DNA from: Candidatus Omnitrophota bacterium
GTDB taxonomy: Bacteria; Omnitrophota; Gorgyraeia; Gorgyraeales; Gorgyraeaceae
Direction: 5' to 3'
DNA length: 64,000 bases
Assembly: GCA_018902915.1 (NCBI GenBank)
Contig: JAHIPS010000106.1
Location: 5,504 to 69,503 of the forward strand
The translations under genes were made by a program, and so were the position numbers. The first letter of the stretch is position 1, and every line of letters begins with the position of its first letter. Positions 48,064-58,325 of this stretch are shown here, one piece after another. The notes below the pieces were generated by a model, which was not told where the DNA came from, did not search any database, and saw only the letters and a list, made by a program, of their open reading frames with translations.

Positions 48064-50856
48064 TCAAAATCTCCCGTTATAATAGATACGCAATATGTGT
48101 TGCGTATCTAGCGTGGGATAAAAATCCCCGTAAGGGCTTGCTGTAGCGCCTAATGCCGGAGAAACAACATTGCCCTCACCAAATTGTATAACCAGAAGTC
48201 CATATTCGGTTACGCTATAATTCAACTCCGCAAATATATTATGATGGTTCTCGTATTTCAAATCCCCGCTCGTATTCAACCTGTAGAGATTATACGCCTT
48301 TGAAAAAGTATATTTTAAAAATCCCGTGAGTTTATTAGTAAATCTGTATTTAAGGGTAGTGCCAAAATGGTTCATGTTGCTGTCTATGCTCTGCGCAAAC
48401 TTAAAATCATTCTTGGTATAGTCAAAATCTATTCCCAGGCTCTCTGATGGTTTTAGCGAAACACCGGCCCTGTAGATATTAAAGCGGTCGTAAGGCGGCA
48501 GATCAAAAAATCCCTGCGAATACAGGAAAGGGTTCTTATTTCTATATATATCGCCGTCTATGGTCTCAGTGACAAAACTATAATTCTCTAAAAGATCCCT
48601 GGGGTGATTGTCTGTGGCAAAGGTAGAGTCATTTGTATTTTCATATATACCGAAGATGCTTATCCATTCAGATGGCTCAAATTCAAGGCCGACAGAATAA
48701 GTAGACACGGAAGGATCCTCGTTGTCTTCAATAGTTGAATTCACGTAAAAGTCTCCTGTGTCTGAATCATACTTTATAGGATCTATCCCCCCTTTTGTCT
48801 CGGGAAGGTCGTGATATATCATTAAAAATTTCGAGGTCCACTCGGGATTTATCCTGAAGGTATTTTCATCCCTGAAAACGCCTTCGACATACTTATTGTC
48901 AGAATCCCTCACATATCTATAGTCTATCAAATTATCCATTCTGCCGCCAAACGCCTCTTCTGTATCCAGTCTAAAGTTAACCACCTTCCTGCCCGCGTCT
49001 ATACCGTCACCTATCTTAAAAGGCTCCATATCATGATATGTAAGTGGGTCTTCCCCCCATGTGGTCCACTCTAGCGGCTCGTCAAAATGTATATGCCGGC
49101 CCCAGTATTGATCCCTTCTTGTCTCTTTGTAATTTGAAAGGCCTGCCTCAAACTCCTCATCCATGTGCGTGAAGGCGATCCTCGCATCTCCAAAACCAGT
49201 CTGCCTTTTAAGCGCGATGTGAGTTGACGCGCCATCCTTTTCTGTTTTGTAAGTAGCGTCTATCTTGTCATCCTCGCTTTTACTAATAGCGACTTCAGCG
49301 ACTATATTTGTCAAAGGATTGATGTCATAACTTACATCGATGCCTGAGGTGTAGTTATAGGAATCTGTCTTGCCGTCATTATATCCGAATCTGAACGTGT
49401 CTGTAAAACCGAGCATAAACTCATCATTAATCCATGTCTTGGTCCTTACCGCGCCTGGTAATGAAGTCACGCTCCCGTAATCCTGCCATAGTCCTTTTGG
49501 CGTTGCTATAGTCGCAGAAAGTCCTGTATTGCCAAAGAGTTCCCCTGCTTCAAAGGAAACGCCTCTTAGCGCAGTAAGTCTTTTCAGATCACTGTCTCTT
49601 GTAAAAAACGAAAGGTCATCTGACCACCTGCCGCGCCAGAAGTCATCTGGATTAAATCCTGTATTTAGATGTCCTGGTACCCAGTCATCAAGCCATGGAC
49701 TTGGCTCCCAATAAATGTGATGATTGGAAAGACCCAATGGATCATCAGAAGAAAGCGCCTGGTCTTCCAACGCAAACGGAAATATTTTCAATTTATAATC
49801 ATCTTTGTTACAATCAAACCACAACTCTCTAATCGGCTGAAACGTAAAATCCACATCCTGCTCAGGTATGGAATAGGTACTAAGCACAAAGTCCTTCTCG
49901 TCTTTGCTGGCAGCTGTAAAGGCAGGTATCTTACCGTCTGTAACCTTATACTCCAAGGTGTCAAACTTGTAATTATAATCAGATGTGTAAAATGTCTCGT
50001 TAATCGTGCTTCGAGTTCCAGACCAGTATTTTAATTCTAATTCAATCCTGTCTACAGCCACATTATCTACAATGGTAAATTTGTCTGTCTTACCAACAAA
50101 ACTCCACGGGTCCACTGTAATATCAGAATGAAAATTTAAACCTTCTTCATCTTTATTTGTATCAAACACCACCTTAAACCTATCAAACACCCTTGTATCA
50201 AACGTGTTTATCTTTGGAAAATTATGATCGATCATCCTGAAGTTGCGCTCATTATAGTCGCCGTTGGAGTCCTTCCAGATCAGGTCTTCGCTCGTCGCGC
50301 CAAAGGCCATTTTGTATTCTCCGCGTATCTCGGCAGGAGAAATATTTTCATTCAATGAATCCGCTATGGCCTTTATTTTATCCTCGCTATATACTGGATA
50401 TTCAGGTCCTACTTCTGGTTCAAAATAATCATCCTCGTACTCTTCTTCGTATTCCGGCTCGTAATAGCTATATTCGTATTCCTCTTCAAACTCTGATTTA
50501 TCATAATATTCCGGGTCGTCGCTGACTTCTCCTGAATAATCAAAGGATTCACTTTCCCTTTCTAATTCATCCGCCCTTTGATAGTAATCAAATCGGCCCC
50601 TTGCCCGCAACCTGAGCTCTGCATTCACGAGATCCAGGTACCCCTGGGCCTCGTCATTGCGCGGGTCAAGCTCAACAGCCCTCTCGAGAATCTCTTTTGC
50701 CTCGTAGAGGTTTCCAGCGTGATAATAATCTATACCTTTACTATACAGGCCAAAGCTCTCGGCCACGTACTGTTCCTGGGCATAGCAAGGCAGACCCCAA
50801 CATAAAATTGCGCATACCAATAACACATTAATTATGTAGGATCTTTCTATCTCCAT
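48064..50856 (-). CDS. Large secreted protein: TPR, acidic Tyr/Glu linker, predicted outer-membrane beta-barrel
   Basis: Signal peptide, one TPR (AVELDPRNDEAQGYL), alternating strands, ends LRIYYNGRF. Confidence 0.65.
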   Translation of the reverse strand: MEIERSYIINVLLVCAILCWGLPCYAQEQYVAESFGLYSKGIDYYHAGNLYEAKEILERAVELDPRNDEAQGYLDLVNAELRLRARGRFDYYQRADELERESESFDYSGEVSDDPEYYDKSEFEEEYEYSYYEPEYEEEYEDDYFEPEVGPEYPVYSEDKIKAIADSLNENISPAEIRGEYKMAFGATSEDLIWKDSNGDYNERNFRMIDHNFPKINTFDTRVFDRFKVVFDTNKDEEGLNFHSDITVDPWSFVGKTDKFTIVDNVAVDRIELELKYWSGTRSTINETFYTSDYNYKFDTLEYKVTDGKIPAFTAASKDEKDFVLSTYSIPEQDVDFTFQPIRELWFDCNKDDYKLKIFPFALEDQALSSDDPLGLSNHHIYWEPSPWLDDWVPGHLNTGFNPDDFWRGRWSDDLSFFTRDSDLKRLTALRGVSFEAGELFGNTGLSATIATPKGLWQDYGSVTSLPGAVRTKTWINDEFMLGFTDTFRFGYNDGKTDSYNYTSGIDVSYDINPLTNIVAEVAISKSEDDKIDATYKTEKDGASTHIALKRQTGFGDARIAFTHMDEEFEAGLSNYKETRRDQYWGRHIHFDEPLEWTTWGEDPLTYHDMEPFKIGDGIDAGRKVVNFRLDTEEAFGGRMDNLIDYRYVRDSDNKYVEGVFRDENTFRINPEWTSKFLMIYHDLPETKGGIDPIKYDSDTGDFYVNSTIEDNEDPSVSTYSVGLEFEPSEWISIFGIYENTNDSTFATDNHPRDLLENYSFVTETIDGDIYRNKNPFLYSQGFFDLPPYDRFNIYRAGVSLKPSESLGIDFDYTKNDFKFAQSIDSNMNHFGTTLKYRFTNKLTGFLKYTFSKAYNLYRLNTSGDLKYENHHNIFAELNYSVTEYGLLVIQFGEGNVVSPALGATASPYGDFYPTLDTQHILRIYYNGRF

Positions 50857-52049
50857 AGCTCCTTTAACTTAAAGTATGCCTTAGTGGGCTTGCGTTCGTC
50901 AAGCCCCTTGTGTTTTTCTAAAGCGCAAACGCCCCACCATTCCTCATTTATATTCAAATTCTGGGGCGCCTTTATGTCAAAATAATAGGCCCCATTGGAC
51001 CAGCTCGCAGCTGTATCGTGCATATTCCAACCAGGCCTGTTCTCTTCATTGAATTTCCACCATTCGTCTGTCCACTCGAAAACAAAACCTCCGAGGCAAT
51101 TCCCAATACCGCTGCCTTCAAATGTATTCTTCGCTATCTCTTTCCATTCCGCCTCTATAAATTCCGCCTGGATGCCCTCGTCTTCTTCCTTCAGAAACGA
51201 ATTATACCTATCGCAGCCAAATTCTATTATAAGTATAGGTCTTTTGAATTTCATCGCGACTTCCCTGAAAAAACTTCCAAATGCCTTACCTCTATATATA
51301 GAGCACCCCAGTATATCGACATCCTGCGTGACCTTACTAGCCACATCTATATCAGTAAGCTCTGCATTGGCCAGGACAACCGGATGGTCAGGGTCTATCT
51401 TGTGAATCTCGCGACTGATCTCATTTACAAAAGAATAATAGATCTTTGCCCTTGCTTGTCTCTTTAAATAAGGATCGTCCAATGCCTCTATCTCATCGGT
51501 TGTCCAGAGATTCAATGTCTGCGGACCGTAGGAAAAAGATACATTGTTCTCGTTCCCCAGTATCCAGCACAGGATCCCTTTCTCATCTTTATAGGTACTT
51601 ACCATCAGGAGCACATCTTTTTTTACTTTTTCGCGAAAACCTATATCCGCATAGTTCGGGTCATCCCAGAAACCAAGCCAATGCCCCATCATTACTCGAA
51701 TCCCAAACTTACTGTAAAAATCCTTCATCACCTGTTTCGTCTTCTCTGGATCTTCGCTTGGCTGATATACCCTTATGGTATTTACACCTATTGCTTTCAT
51801 AAGCTTACCATCATAAAGATGCGGTTTCTGTGGATCCGCCCAAAAATCATAGGCATGGTCCTGCCCTATAGGCGTAGGACTGTACACCATGCCTTTGACT
51901 ATATATGGGCTGCCATTTACTATTAACTGAAAGCGGTTACTTTCAAGGGTTTTTATATAAACCCTCTGCGGTCCCATCTTATTCAAAACTCCCAATAGCG
52001 CTGCCGTTAATAGTACTATGCAAACTGCTGCTATAATTATTTTTTTCAT
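50847..52049 (-). CDS. Clan GH-A glycoside hydrolase (GH2-TIM/GH158/GH72-like; beta-glucan-active by inference)
   Basis: YIVKG, GVNTIRVY, WILGNENN, IIEFGC, GGFVFEWTDEWWK. Confidence 0.8.
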   Translation of the reverse strand: MKKIIIAAVCIVLLTAALLGVLNKMGPQRVYIKTLESNRFQLIVNGSPYIVKGMVYSPTPIGQDHAYDFWADPQKPHLYDGKLMKAIGVNTIRVYQPSEDPEKTKQVMKDFYSKFGIRVMMGHWLGFWDDPNYADIGFREKVKKDVLLMVSTYKDEKGILCWILGNENNVSFSYGPQTLNLWTTDEIEALDDPYLKRQARAKIYYSFVNEISREIHKIDPDHPVVLANAELTDIDVASKVTQDVDILGCSIYRGKAFGSFFREVAMKFKRPILIIEFGCDRYNSFLKEEDEGIQAEFIEAEWKEIAKNTFEGSGIGNCLGGFVFEWTDEWWKFNEENRPGWNMHDTAASWSNGAYYFDIKAPQNLNINEEWWGVCALEKHKGLDERKPTKAYFKLKELWR

Positions 52050-52051
52050 CG

Positions 52052-52741
52052 TTATTCGTAGCGGATATCATCCAGGTAAAAGATAGCGCCTTCTGGATTG
52101 ACGTCCAGATTAGTCGCCAAGGCAAATCCTCCGCTGATATAGCTAAGATCCTTGCCTCTTAAATCTATCTCGTATTGTTTCCACTCGTCACTCAAAAGCA
52201 CCGGCCCTATGCCGGCTATGTCTGAATCAGGATAAAGTCCGGTTATGCCACCGACCTTGAACTCCTCTACCCTCTCGCCGCCATTCTCGCCTTTTGCCCA
52301 GAACGAGAGTTTGGTAGCGCCAGTGAGATCAAACCCGCCTTTTCTGTCACCCCAGTTATTGGCTGGATTCTGCCAGTAGAGACCGACCCATCTTGCGCCC
52401 TGGCTTGAAGCATTGGTATAGACTATCTTTATACATGTAGAACCACTGTGAGGATTTTCAAAACTGGATGCATCGATAGCCATATCAGAATAATCTCCCA
52501 TATATCCTGAAGGTATGTAATGATTATCAGGTGACCTGCCATCAGTATAAATAGGAAATGCCTTAAAACTGGTTACAACGCTTTCTGTCTCTTCATATGT
52601 ATCATATGCATCTTCTTCATAGTCATAAGAGTAGTCTGTCTGTGCATACTGCTCTCTATCACTAGAACCGCCACAACTTGCTATGCTAAAAAGCATCAAT
52701 CCCGCTATTACCAAAAATGTCAAACTTAAACTCTTTCTCAT
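52052..52741 (-). CDS. Lipoprotein with putative carbohydrate-binding beta-sandwich
   Basis: IASC lipobox; PSGYMGD, WQNPANNWG, LSFWAKG, WKQYEIDL, FYLDDIRYE. Confidence 0.7.
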   Translation of the reverse strand: MRKSLSLTFLVIAGLMLFSIASCGGSSDREQYAQTDYSYDYEEDAYDTYEETESVVTSFKAFPIYTDGRSPDNHYIPSGYMGDYSDMAIDASSFENPHSGSTCIKIVYTNASSQGARWVGLYWQNPANNWGDRKGGFDLTGATKLSFWAKGENGGERVEEFKVGGITGLYPDSDIAGIGPVLLSDEWKQYEIDLRGKDLSYISGGFALATNLDVNPEGAIFYLDDIRYE

Positions 52742-52775
52742 GTCCTACCTCCTTGTTATTTTTATAGTCTTACTC

Positions 52776-52827
52776 TTCTCGACTCGTTTCACTCGCTCGA
52801 AGAATATTGTTCGAGCGAAGTCGAGAA
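52776..52827. repeat. REP-like bulged hairpin
   Basis: TTCTCGACT..CGCTCGAA-N8-TTCGAGCG.AGTCGAGAA. Confidence 0.75.
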
Positions 52828-52863
52828 CAACTGTTTTACACTCTCTCCACACCTCCTTCCTTA

Positions 52864-55167
52864 CTATTCCGTCCACATCTCCTGATAGACAAAATATGCC
52901 TTTTTAAGCTGTCTCAAGAATGGACTGCTTTTGCCATCCCCCTGGCCAGCCACGCCAAGCCACTCCTCGTAATTCCATCCATCTGGAAACGGGCCTGACC
53001 AGTTTCTTGTAGTATCGTGCAGGCCTGGCTCGTACGCCTTCCACCACTCATCCAGCCACTCGAAATGCACTCCTCCTATTGCATTCCCGATACCCCTTCG
53101 GCCTGCTGAATTATAGACTATATCCTTCCAGTTGCCCTCCAGATACTCGGCCTGTTTAGCCTCTACGAATTCCTTTGACTTTTCCTGCATGTAGCTCGGA
53201 CAGCCATACTCTGTAATTATGACAGGCTTATCGCATACATCCTTTACATTCTCCCAGAAACTCCTGCCAAAACCATGCTCACCCCTGTAAGCATTGGAAC
53301 CGTAAATATCAACGTCAGGACACCTCTCGCCAAACACATCCAGAAATAACAGATCGCCGCTCGAGACAGCCACTGGATGATCCCTGTCAACCGTCTTTAT
53401 CATCTGCGCGACCTCGTTGACAAACTTGTAATATGCGTCGGGTTTTTCCTTAGCATTATTCGCGACCCCGTAATTATTTTCATTCCCGAGCATCCAGAAT
53501 AACACATACGGCTCGTCCTTGTGTTTTTCTACCATCTTGCGGACGCTGTCCATCATATTCTTTCTCTGGTCTGGATTTTCATAATCAGTGCCCTCGTACC
53601 AGTTCGCGCCAGACCCAACCGTATACGCTCCCAAGAGATCACCCATGATAACCATTATCCCGAACCTGTTATACAGGTCCCGCATGAGTTCCTTATTAGA
53701 CGCATTGTGATAAACGCGCAGGGTATTGCAGCCCATGCGCCTAAATAACTCAAAATCGCCCACAGGACTCTCGCCAGGATCCTGCGTGTTGTTAAAATTC
53801 TCGTCTACCCACGCGTCGTACGGGCCGTCTATCCTTCCATTATTATTGTAATCTGCCTGCATCCAGTCATCCAGCGTGCCGTCGTCAGGACTCTGGCCTA
53901 TCTTTGCCGGCGAGTACGCAATGCCTTTAACTATATATGGTTCCCCCTCGACCCTGAGCTCCCAGTGCCCGTTTTTATATCTCACGAGGTCCACCTTGCC
54001 GTCGCCAACCTGCCTCACCACCATGCCTTTTTTCACGCCTTCATTCTTAAACAAAATCCTTTTTATCTTGTCAAAAAAGCCTAGCTTTACAATGCTGCCG
54101 GGCCTGATAATAAATTTGTCATTCGTAATACTGTTGTCAAAACCGTTTTTAACAAATATCCTCGCCCCGCGCAATTCCATATCAAGCTCTGGATTGTGCT
54201 TTATCAAATACTCTATCCTGTCAATCGCGACCTGACCGATATACCATGGCGTGTGGAAATATGTCCAGCCCGCTGATTTTGGAAAATGCACCACTATTGC
54301 ATAATACGCCTTTATCGCTTGCTGCACCAGCCCAGAACGCTCAAGCGCAAGTGCTGTATAAAAAAGTCTCACGCCCATTGGTTCTGGCGCCTGTGACCAT
54401 TTATAAAAATTCGCCTCCAGATCCTCTGTATTTACAAACTCCCAGTGGTTGCCCTTTAACCTGCCTTCTTCCTTGACTTCGCGGTAACGCGGATCCCAGA
54501 CAACGCCTGATGTATTCGGGTAAATACCCTCGCCTGCTGCCAGGGCCAGACCTTCAGGATCTTTCACAACATACCTGTACTTATCTGTCCCTACACCTTT
54601 AAAATAACCGTATTTTTTATATTCTATTATCTCTTCCTTGCCGGGGTCATAGAGAGTGATTTTTGTCTTTGGCCTTATCTTTTTGGGCTCGATATCTTCT
54701 TCAACGACTTCGACTTTTTCTTCTGTAAGCTTCTGGAGACTGGCCTGCGCCTTTTCCTTTACGCTCCAGAACCAGCCGCGCGGGTCCCAGTTCTGTGAGT
54801 AGCCATACTTTTCTGTCACTACCAAAAACGCAGACCTTGCCTCATCGATCCTGCCCTGTGAAAGATACACCTCTCCCTGTATAAAAAAACTCGCGCCGAC
54901 TGCGTTCAGCGCTCCATAAAGGTCCACGGCCTCTGTTGCGGGAAAACCTGTAAGTGACGCCTGCTGCTCCTTTGCTTGGTCAGCGTACAGTTCTATGCAT
55001 TCCCCTGTATAATAAAAGGTCCTGTCTATATCCTTTGCGCCCCACGCTTCCCACGCCCGCAATATGTATTCCTTTGCAGACAAAACCCCTTCATCCTGAG
55101 CGCATAACGGATAACTTATAGCAGATACTAATAAAATTATCGATATAATCGCGGCTATTCTTCTCAT
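52864..55167 (-). CDS. Secreted TPR-like + clan GH-A glycoside hydrolase
   Basis: Signal peptide, helical N-terminal region (WDPRGWFW), GCNTLRVY, WMLGNENN, ITEYGC, FEWLDEWWK. Confidence 0.8.
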   Translation of the reverse strand: MRRIAAIISIILLVSAISYPLCAQDEGVLSAKEYILRAWEAWGAKDIDRTFYYTGECIELYADQAKEQQASLTGFPATEAVDLYGALNAVGASFFIQGEVYLSQGRIDEARSAFLVVTEKYGYSQNWDPRGWFWSVKEKAQASLQKLTEEKVEVVEEDIEPKKIRPKTKITLYDPGKEEIIEYKKYGYFKGVGTDKYRYVVKDPEGLALAAGEGIYPNTSGVVWDPRYREVKEEGRLKGNHWEFVNTEDLEANFYKWSQAPEPMGVRLFYTALALERSGLVQQAIKAYYAIVVHFPKSAGWTYFHTPWYIGQVAIDRIEYLIKHNPELDMELRGARIFVKNGFDNSITNDKFIIRPGSIVKLGFFDKIKRILFKNEGVKKGMVVRQVGDGKVDLVRYKNGHWELRVEGEPYIVKGIAYSPAKIGQSPDDGTLDDWMQADYNNNGRIDGPYDAWVDENFNNTQDPGESPVGDFELFRRMGCNTLRVYHNASNKELMRDLYNRFGIMVIMGDLLGAYTVGSGANWYEGTDYENPDQRKNMMDSVRKMVEKHKDEPYVLFWMLGNENNYGVANNAKEKPDAYYKFVNEVAQMIKTVDRDHPVAVSSGDLLFLDVFGERCPDVDIYGSNAYRGEHGFGRSFWENVKDVCDKPVIITEYGCPSYMQEKSKEFVEAKQAEYLEGNWKDIVYNSAGRRGIGNAIGGVHFEWLDEWWKAYEPGLHDTTRNWSGPFPDGWNYEEWLGVAGQGDGKSSPFLRQLKKAYFVYQEMWTE

Positions 55168-56012
55168 CCTACAATCGTTCCTGCTGTGATACCTTTAATA
55201 ATATGCTTCTGCATTAATAGATAAACCAGTATTATTGGAAGTGTCGTTATAGCCATGCCTGCCATTAAAAGCGGGTATTCTGTTATGTGTGTGCCCTGGA
55301 ATATCATAAGCCCCCTCTGCAGAGGCATCAAAGACTTTGAGGAAAAAATAAGCGTCGCCAGTATATACTCGTTCCAGACATTCAGCGAATTAAATATCAC
55401 GATCACCGCTATTGCGGGCCGCGCGAGCGGCAGGGCCACGTGCCACCATATACCGAGCTTTGAGCAGCCGTCTATGCGGCTGGCGTCTTCGAGCGCGTGT
55501 GGCATCTTGTCAAAAAATGTCTTCAAAAGATATATGCTGAATGACAGCCCCACATTTATCATGCACAATATATAACCTATCCGCGTATTCACCAGGTGCA
55601 GCTTTGTCATCAATACATAGAGCGGCACAAAACTTCCCGGAAGTGGTATCATCATCGCGATAAGAAACATGTAAAAAATTACGTTCTTGCCTGGAAACTG
55701 GAGCCGCGAAAACGCAAACGCGGCAAGCGACGAGACCACGACTATGCCAAAGACAACTGTAACTGTATAAAATATGCTGTTCAAGAAATATATCCCAAAA
55801 TTTCCCTTGGTCCACGCATGGTAAAAATTACTCCAAAGGGGGTGCCTCGGGATTATGCTCATGTCTGAAAAAACCGTCTGCTGCGTCTTGAGCGCTGATC
55901 CCACCATCCACAACAAAGGAAATATGCACGTCACTGCCACAGCTATCAGGAATAGATGGAGCAGCGAATCCTTGCAAAACCTCTCGATTTTATATTTCGT
56001 ACCTTCGTGCAT
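55164..56012 (-). CDS. Carbohydrate ABC transporter permease (MalG-like)
   Basis: YFLNS, LEDASRIDG (EAA loop), WNEY. Confidence 0.93.
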   Translation of the reverse strand: MHEGTKYKIERFCKDSLLHLFLIAVAVTCIFPLLWMVGSALKTQQTVFSDMSIIPRHPLWSNFYHAWTKGNFGIYFLNSIFYTVTVVFGIVVVSSLAAFAFSRLQFPGKNVIFYMFLIAMMIPLPGSFVPLYVLMTKLHLVNTRIGYILCMINVGLSFSIYLLKTFFDKMPHALEDASRIDGCSKLGIWWHVALPLARPAIAVIVIFNSLNVWNEYILATLIFSSKSLMPLQRGLMIFQGTHITEYPLLMAGMAITTLPIILVYLLMQKHIIKGITAGTIVG

Positions 56013-56022
56013 ATCTCTCTCC

Positions 56023-56074
56023 TGTTCAAGGCTTAGCCTTGAACATTTAAATGTTCAAGGCTAAGCCTTGAACA
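56023..56074. repeat. Pair of 23-bp palindromic REP-like units
   Basis: Units at 56023-56045 and 56052-56074, spacer TTTAAA. Confidence 0.95.
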
Positions 56075-56084
56075 GAGGAGCAAA

Positions 56085-56972
56085 CTACGCTTGCCTCATG
56101 TACTTTGACAGGCGAATCTGGATGAACGACACTGCCATGAGTATTGCGCCAAATATAATACTCTGGCTGCACGCGTATCCAAACCTGGACGAACCCACCA
56201 TCGAGGCAAGTATCCTTGTTACAGGCACCTCTGTATGATACCCGGGTCCGCCTCCTGTCATTGAAAGTATCAGAACAAACACCTGCATCGTGCCTAGTAT
56301 TGTAAGAATCGACACAAGAATAAACACAGGTACCATCAAAGGTATCGTGACCTTCTTGAACATCTGCCACGAATTCGCGCCGTCCACCTTGGCAGCCTCA
56401 TACAGCTGCCTCGGTATAGTCTGAAGCCCTGCTAAAAATATAATAAATCCCCACCCAAAACCCTTCCAGCAATGGATCACGGCAACCGAGGTGAGCGCTG
56501 TCTTTGGATTGGAAAGCCAGTCTGTTATTAAATGCGATAATCCTATATTCTGGAGCCAGTAATTTAAAAGCCCGTAATTGCCGTCATATATCCATCTCCA
56601 CACGAGCCCCACCACCACCCCGGAAAGAACAGGCGGTATATAAAATATCACCCTGTAAATATTCGCGCCTTTTATATCCCTGTCGCACGCCAGCGCGAGT
56701 GCCAGCGCGAGAGCATTCTGAAACGTAAGCGCAATAAGCGTGATGTACCCTGCCTGCGTCATTGCCTGCCACCAGACACGGTCCTGCATCAGAAGTTCCT
56801 TGAAATTCCTCAAGCCTATAAAACTTTTGGCAAAACTAAACTGCGCGATACCATCCCATTGACACAGGGCAAGCGTAAAGACCTTATAGAATGGGTATAT
56901 GTAAAAGATGGAAAATATCAATACTGCGGGCAATACAAACAGGTAATTCTCAATTGTGGATTTAGTTCTCAT
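56085..56972 (-). CDS. Carbohydrate ABC transporter permease (MalF-like)
   Basis: YLFVLPA, LAGLQTIP, LYEAAKVDGA, MTGGGP. Confidence 0.93.
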   Translation of the reverse strand: MRTKSTIENYLFVLPAVLIFSIFYIYPFYKVFTLALCQWDGIAQFSFAKSFIGLRNFKELLMQDRVWWQAMTQAGYITLIALTFQNALALALALACDRDIKGANIYRVIFYIPPVLSGVVVGLVWRWIYDGNYGLLNYWLQNIGLSHLITDWLSNPKTALTSVAVIHCWKGFGWGFIIFLAGLQTIPRQLYEAAKVDGANSWQMFKKVTIPLMVPVFILVSILTILGTMQVFVLILSMTGGGPGYHTEVPVTRILASMVGSSRFGYACSQSIIFGAILMAVSFIQIRLSKYMRQA

Positions 56973-58290
56973 ATAACTTCATCAGTTCGCGCTCTTTTAT
57001 GGCCTGGATCTCAATGGCCAGCTGTTGCGGCGTCTTCTCGCCTATGATTATGGACTGGATGCCCTTCTTGAAAGTCTCTTTTACAACCGGAAATTCCTCA
57101 ACGCCCCAGATATTCGGATGGGTGGTATTGTCCATATCATCCGCAAACTGCGACAATACTTCCGGTATATCTTCTAAGCTATGCTTATTTGCCGGCAGGT
57201 TATTCGTCTCTTTTGCCAAAAACACCTGCTGCTCTTTATCAGTAAGCCATTTTAAAAACGCGGCGGCCTTTTCTATTCTTTCAGAATTCGCATTTACCAT
57301 AAAACTCGAGCCTGCGCCGCCCCATATCATCATCGGGTATTTCCCCGAGGCCCTTGGCGGAAGCATAACCCCGTAATCCATATCCGGGTTCATGCCTTTA
57401 TAAACATTCACGCACCACGACCCATTAAATGCAAATGCCGCTCTGTTATTCGCGAATAGCTGCTCTGCAGTCTTATTAACCATTGTCACAACACCACTCG
57501 CAAGAAGTTTCTCATCTCGCATCTGGCGGAACAGATCAAAAACCTTTATCCAATCCGGATCCGTATACGGGACCTTGCCGCGTATAGTATCCAGCACCTT
57601 TCTCTCGCCCATTATATTAAACGCGTAGTTAGACGCCAGGCAATCTATTATCCATATGTCTGCCCACCCGCTAACAAGCCCCTGGATACCATTTTCTCTA
57701 AGCAGTCGATTCGCTTCTAAAAATTCGTCCCATGTCTGCGGAGGATTAGAAGGATCCCAGCCAACCTTTGCCAGCAGATCCTTATTGTAAATCATCTGGA
57801 TATTCATTACATCTATTGGCACGCCATATATGCCTGGCTCGACTCCAAAGTCACTCCCTATCCTAAATTCATTTACGGCAAGCGCTTTACTAAACAAGCG
57901 CCTCTTCCATATTTTCTCGTCCTGGTTCATTTCATCGGTAAGATTGTAAACGTGGCCGGCTTTTATAAAACTCGCAAGGTCTCTTTTTTCTCCGAGGACT
58001 CCGAATATATCAGGTAGGGTAGCTGTCTGCGCGGCTGCTCTGATCTTTTGCGCGTAGGCTTCAGATGGGGCGTAAAGTTCAAAATTTACTTTTATTCCAG
58101 TTTCATCTTCGTATCTTTTGGCAAGCTCTAAAAAGGTCTCTTCTCTATCGCTCATCCAGTGCCATACATTTATTCTTTCAGCGCTGGGCGCACTGCCTTC
58201 AAAAGCGCATCCTGTTAAAAAAACACTTAAAAAAACAATGAACGAACAAGACATAAAAAAAAGATAAACTTTCCGATTAAGACAATTCAC
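56962..58290 (-). CDS. Carbohydrate ABC transporter solute-binding lipoprotein
   Basis: LTGC lipobox, LPDIF, YGVP, YNKDL, PQTWDEF, NGSW. Confidence 0.92.
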   Translation of the reverse strand: MNCLNRKVYLFFMSCSFIVFLSVFLTGCAFEGSAPSAERINVWHWMSDREETFLELAKRYEDETGIKVNFELYAPSEAYAQKIRAAAQTATLPDIFGVLGEKRDLASFIKAGHVYNLTDEMNQDEKIWKRRLFSKALAVNEFRIGSDFGVEPGIYGVPIDVMNIQMIYNKDLLAKVGWDPSNPPQTWDEFLEANRLLRENGIQGLVSGWADIWIIDCLASNYAFNIMGERKVLDTIRGKVPYTDPDWIKVFDLFRQMRDEKLLASGVVTMVNKTAEQLFANNRAAFAFNGSWCVNVYKGMNPDMDYGVMLPPRASGKYPMMIWGGAGSSFMVNANSERIEKAAAFLKWLTDKEQQVFLAKETNNLPANKHSLEDIPEVLSQFADDMDNTTHPNIWGVEEFPVVKETFKKGIQSIIIGEKTPQQLAIEIQAIKERELMKLYEN

Positions 58291-58325
58291 CCTTCCTCAC
58301 CTCTCCGTTTTTGGAAACGCTTACA

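Noticed and set aside
8781-56074. 23-bp palindromic repeats as a CRISPR array
   Set aside because: At most two units per site, spacers 4-15 bp, dispersed over 47 kb, no cas genes
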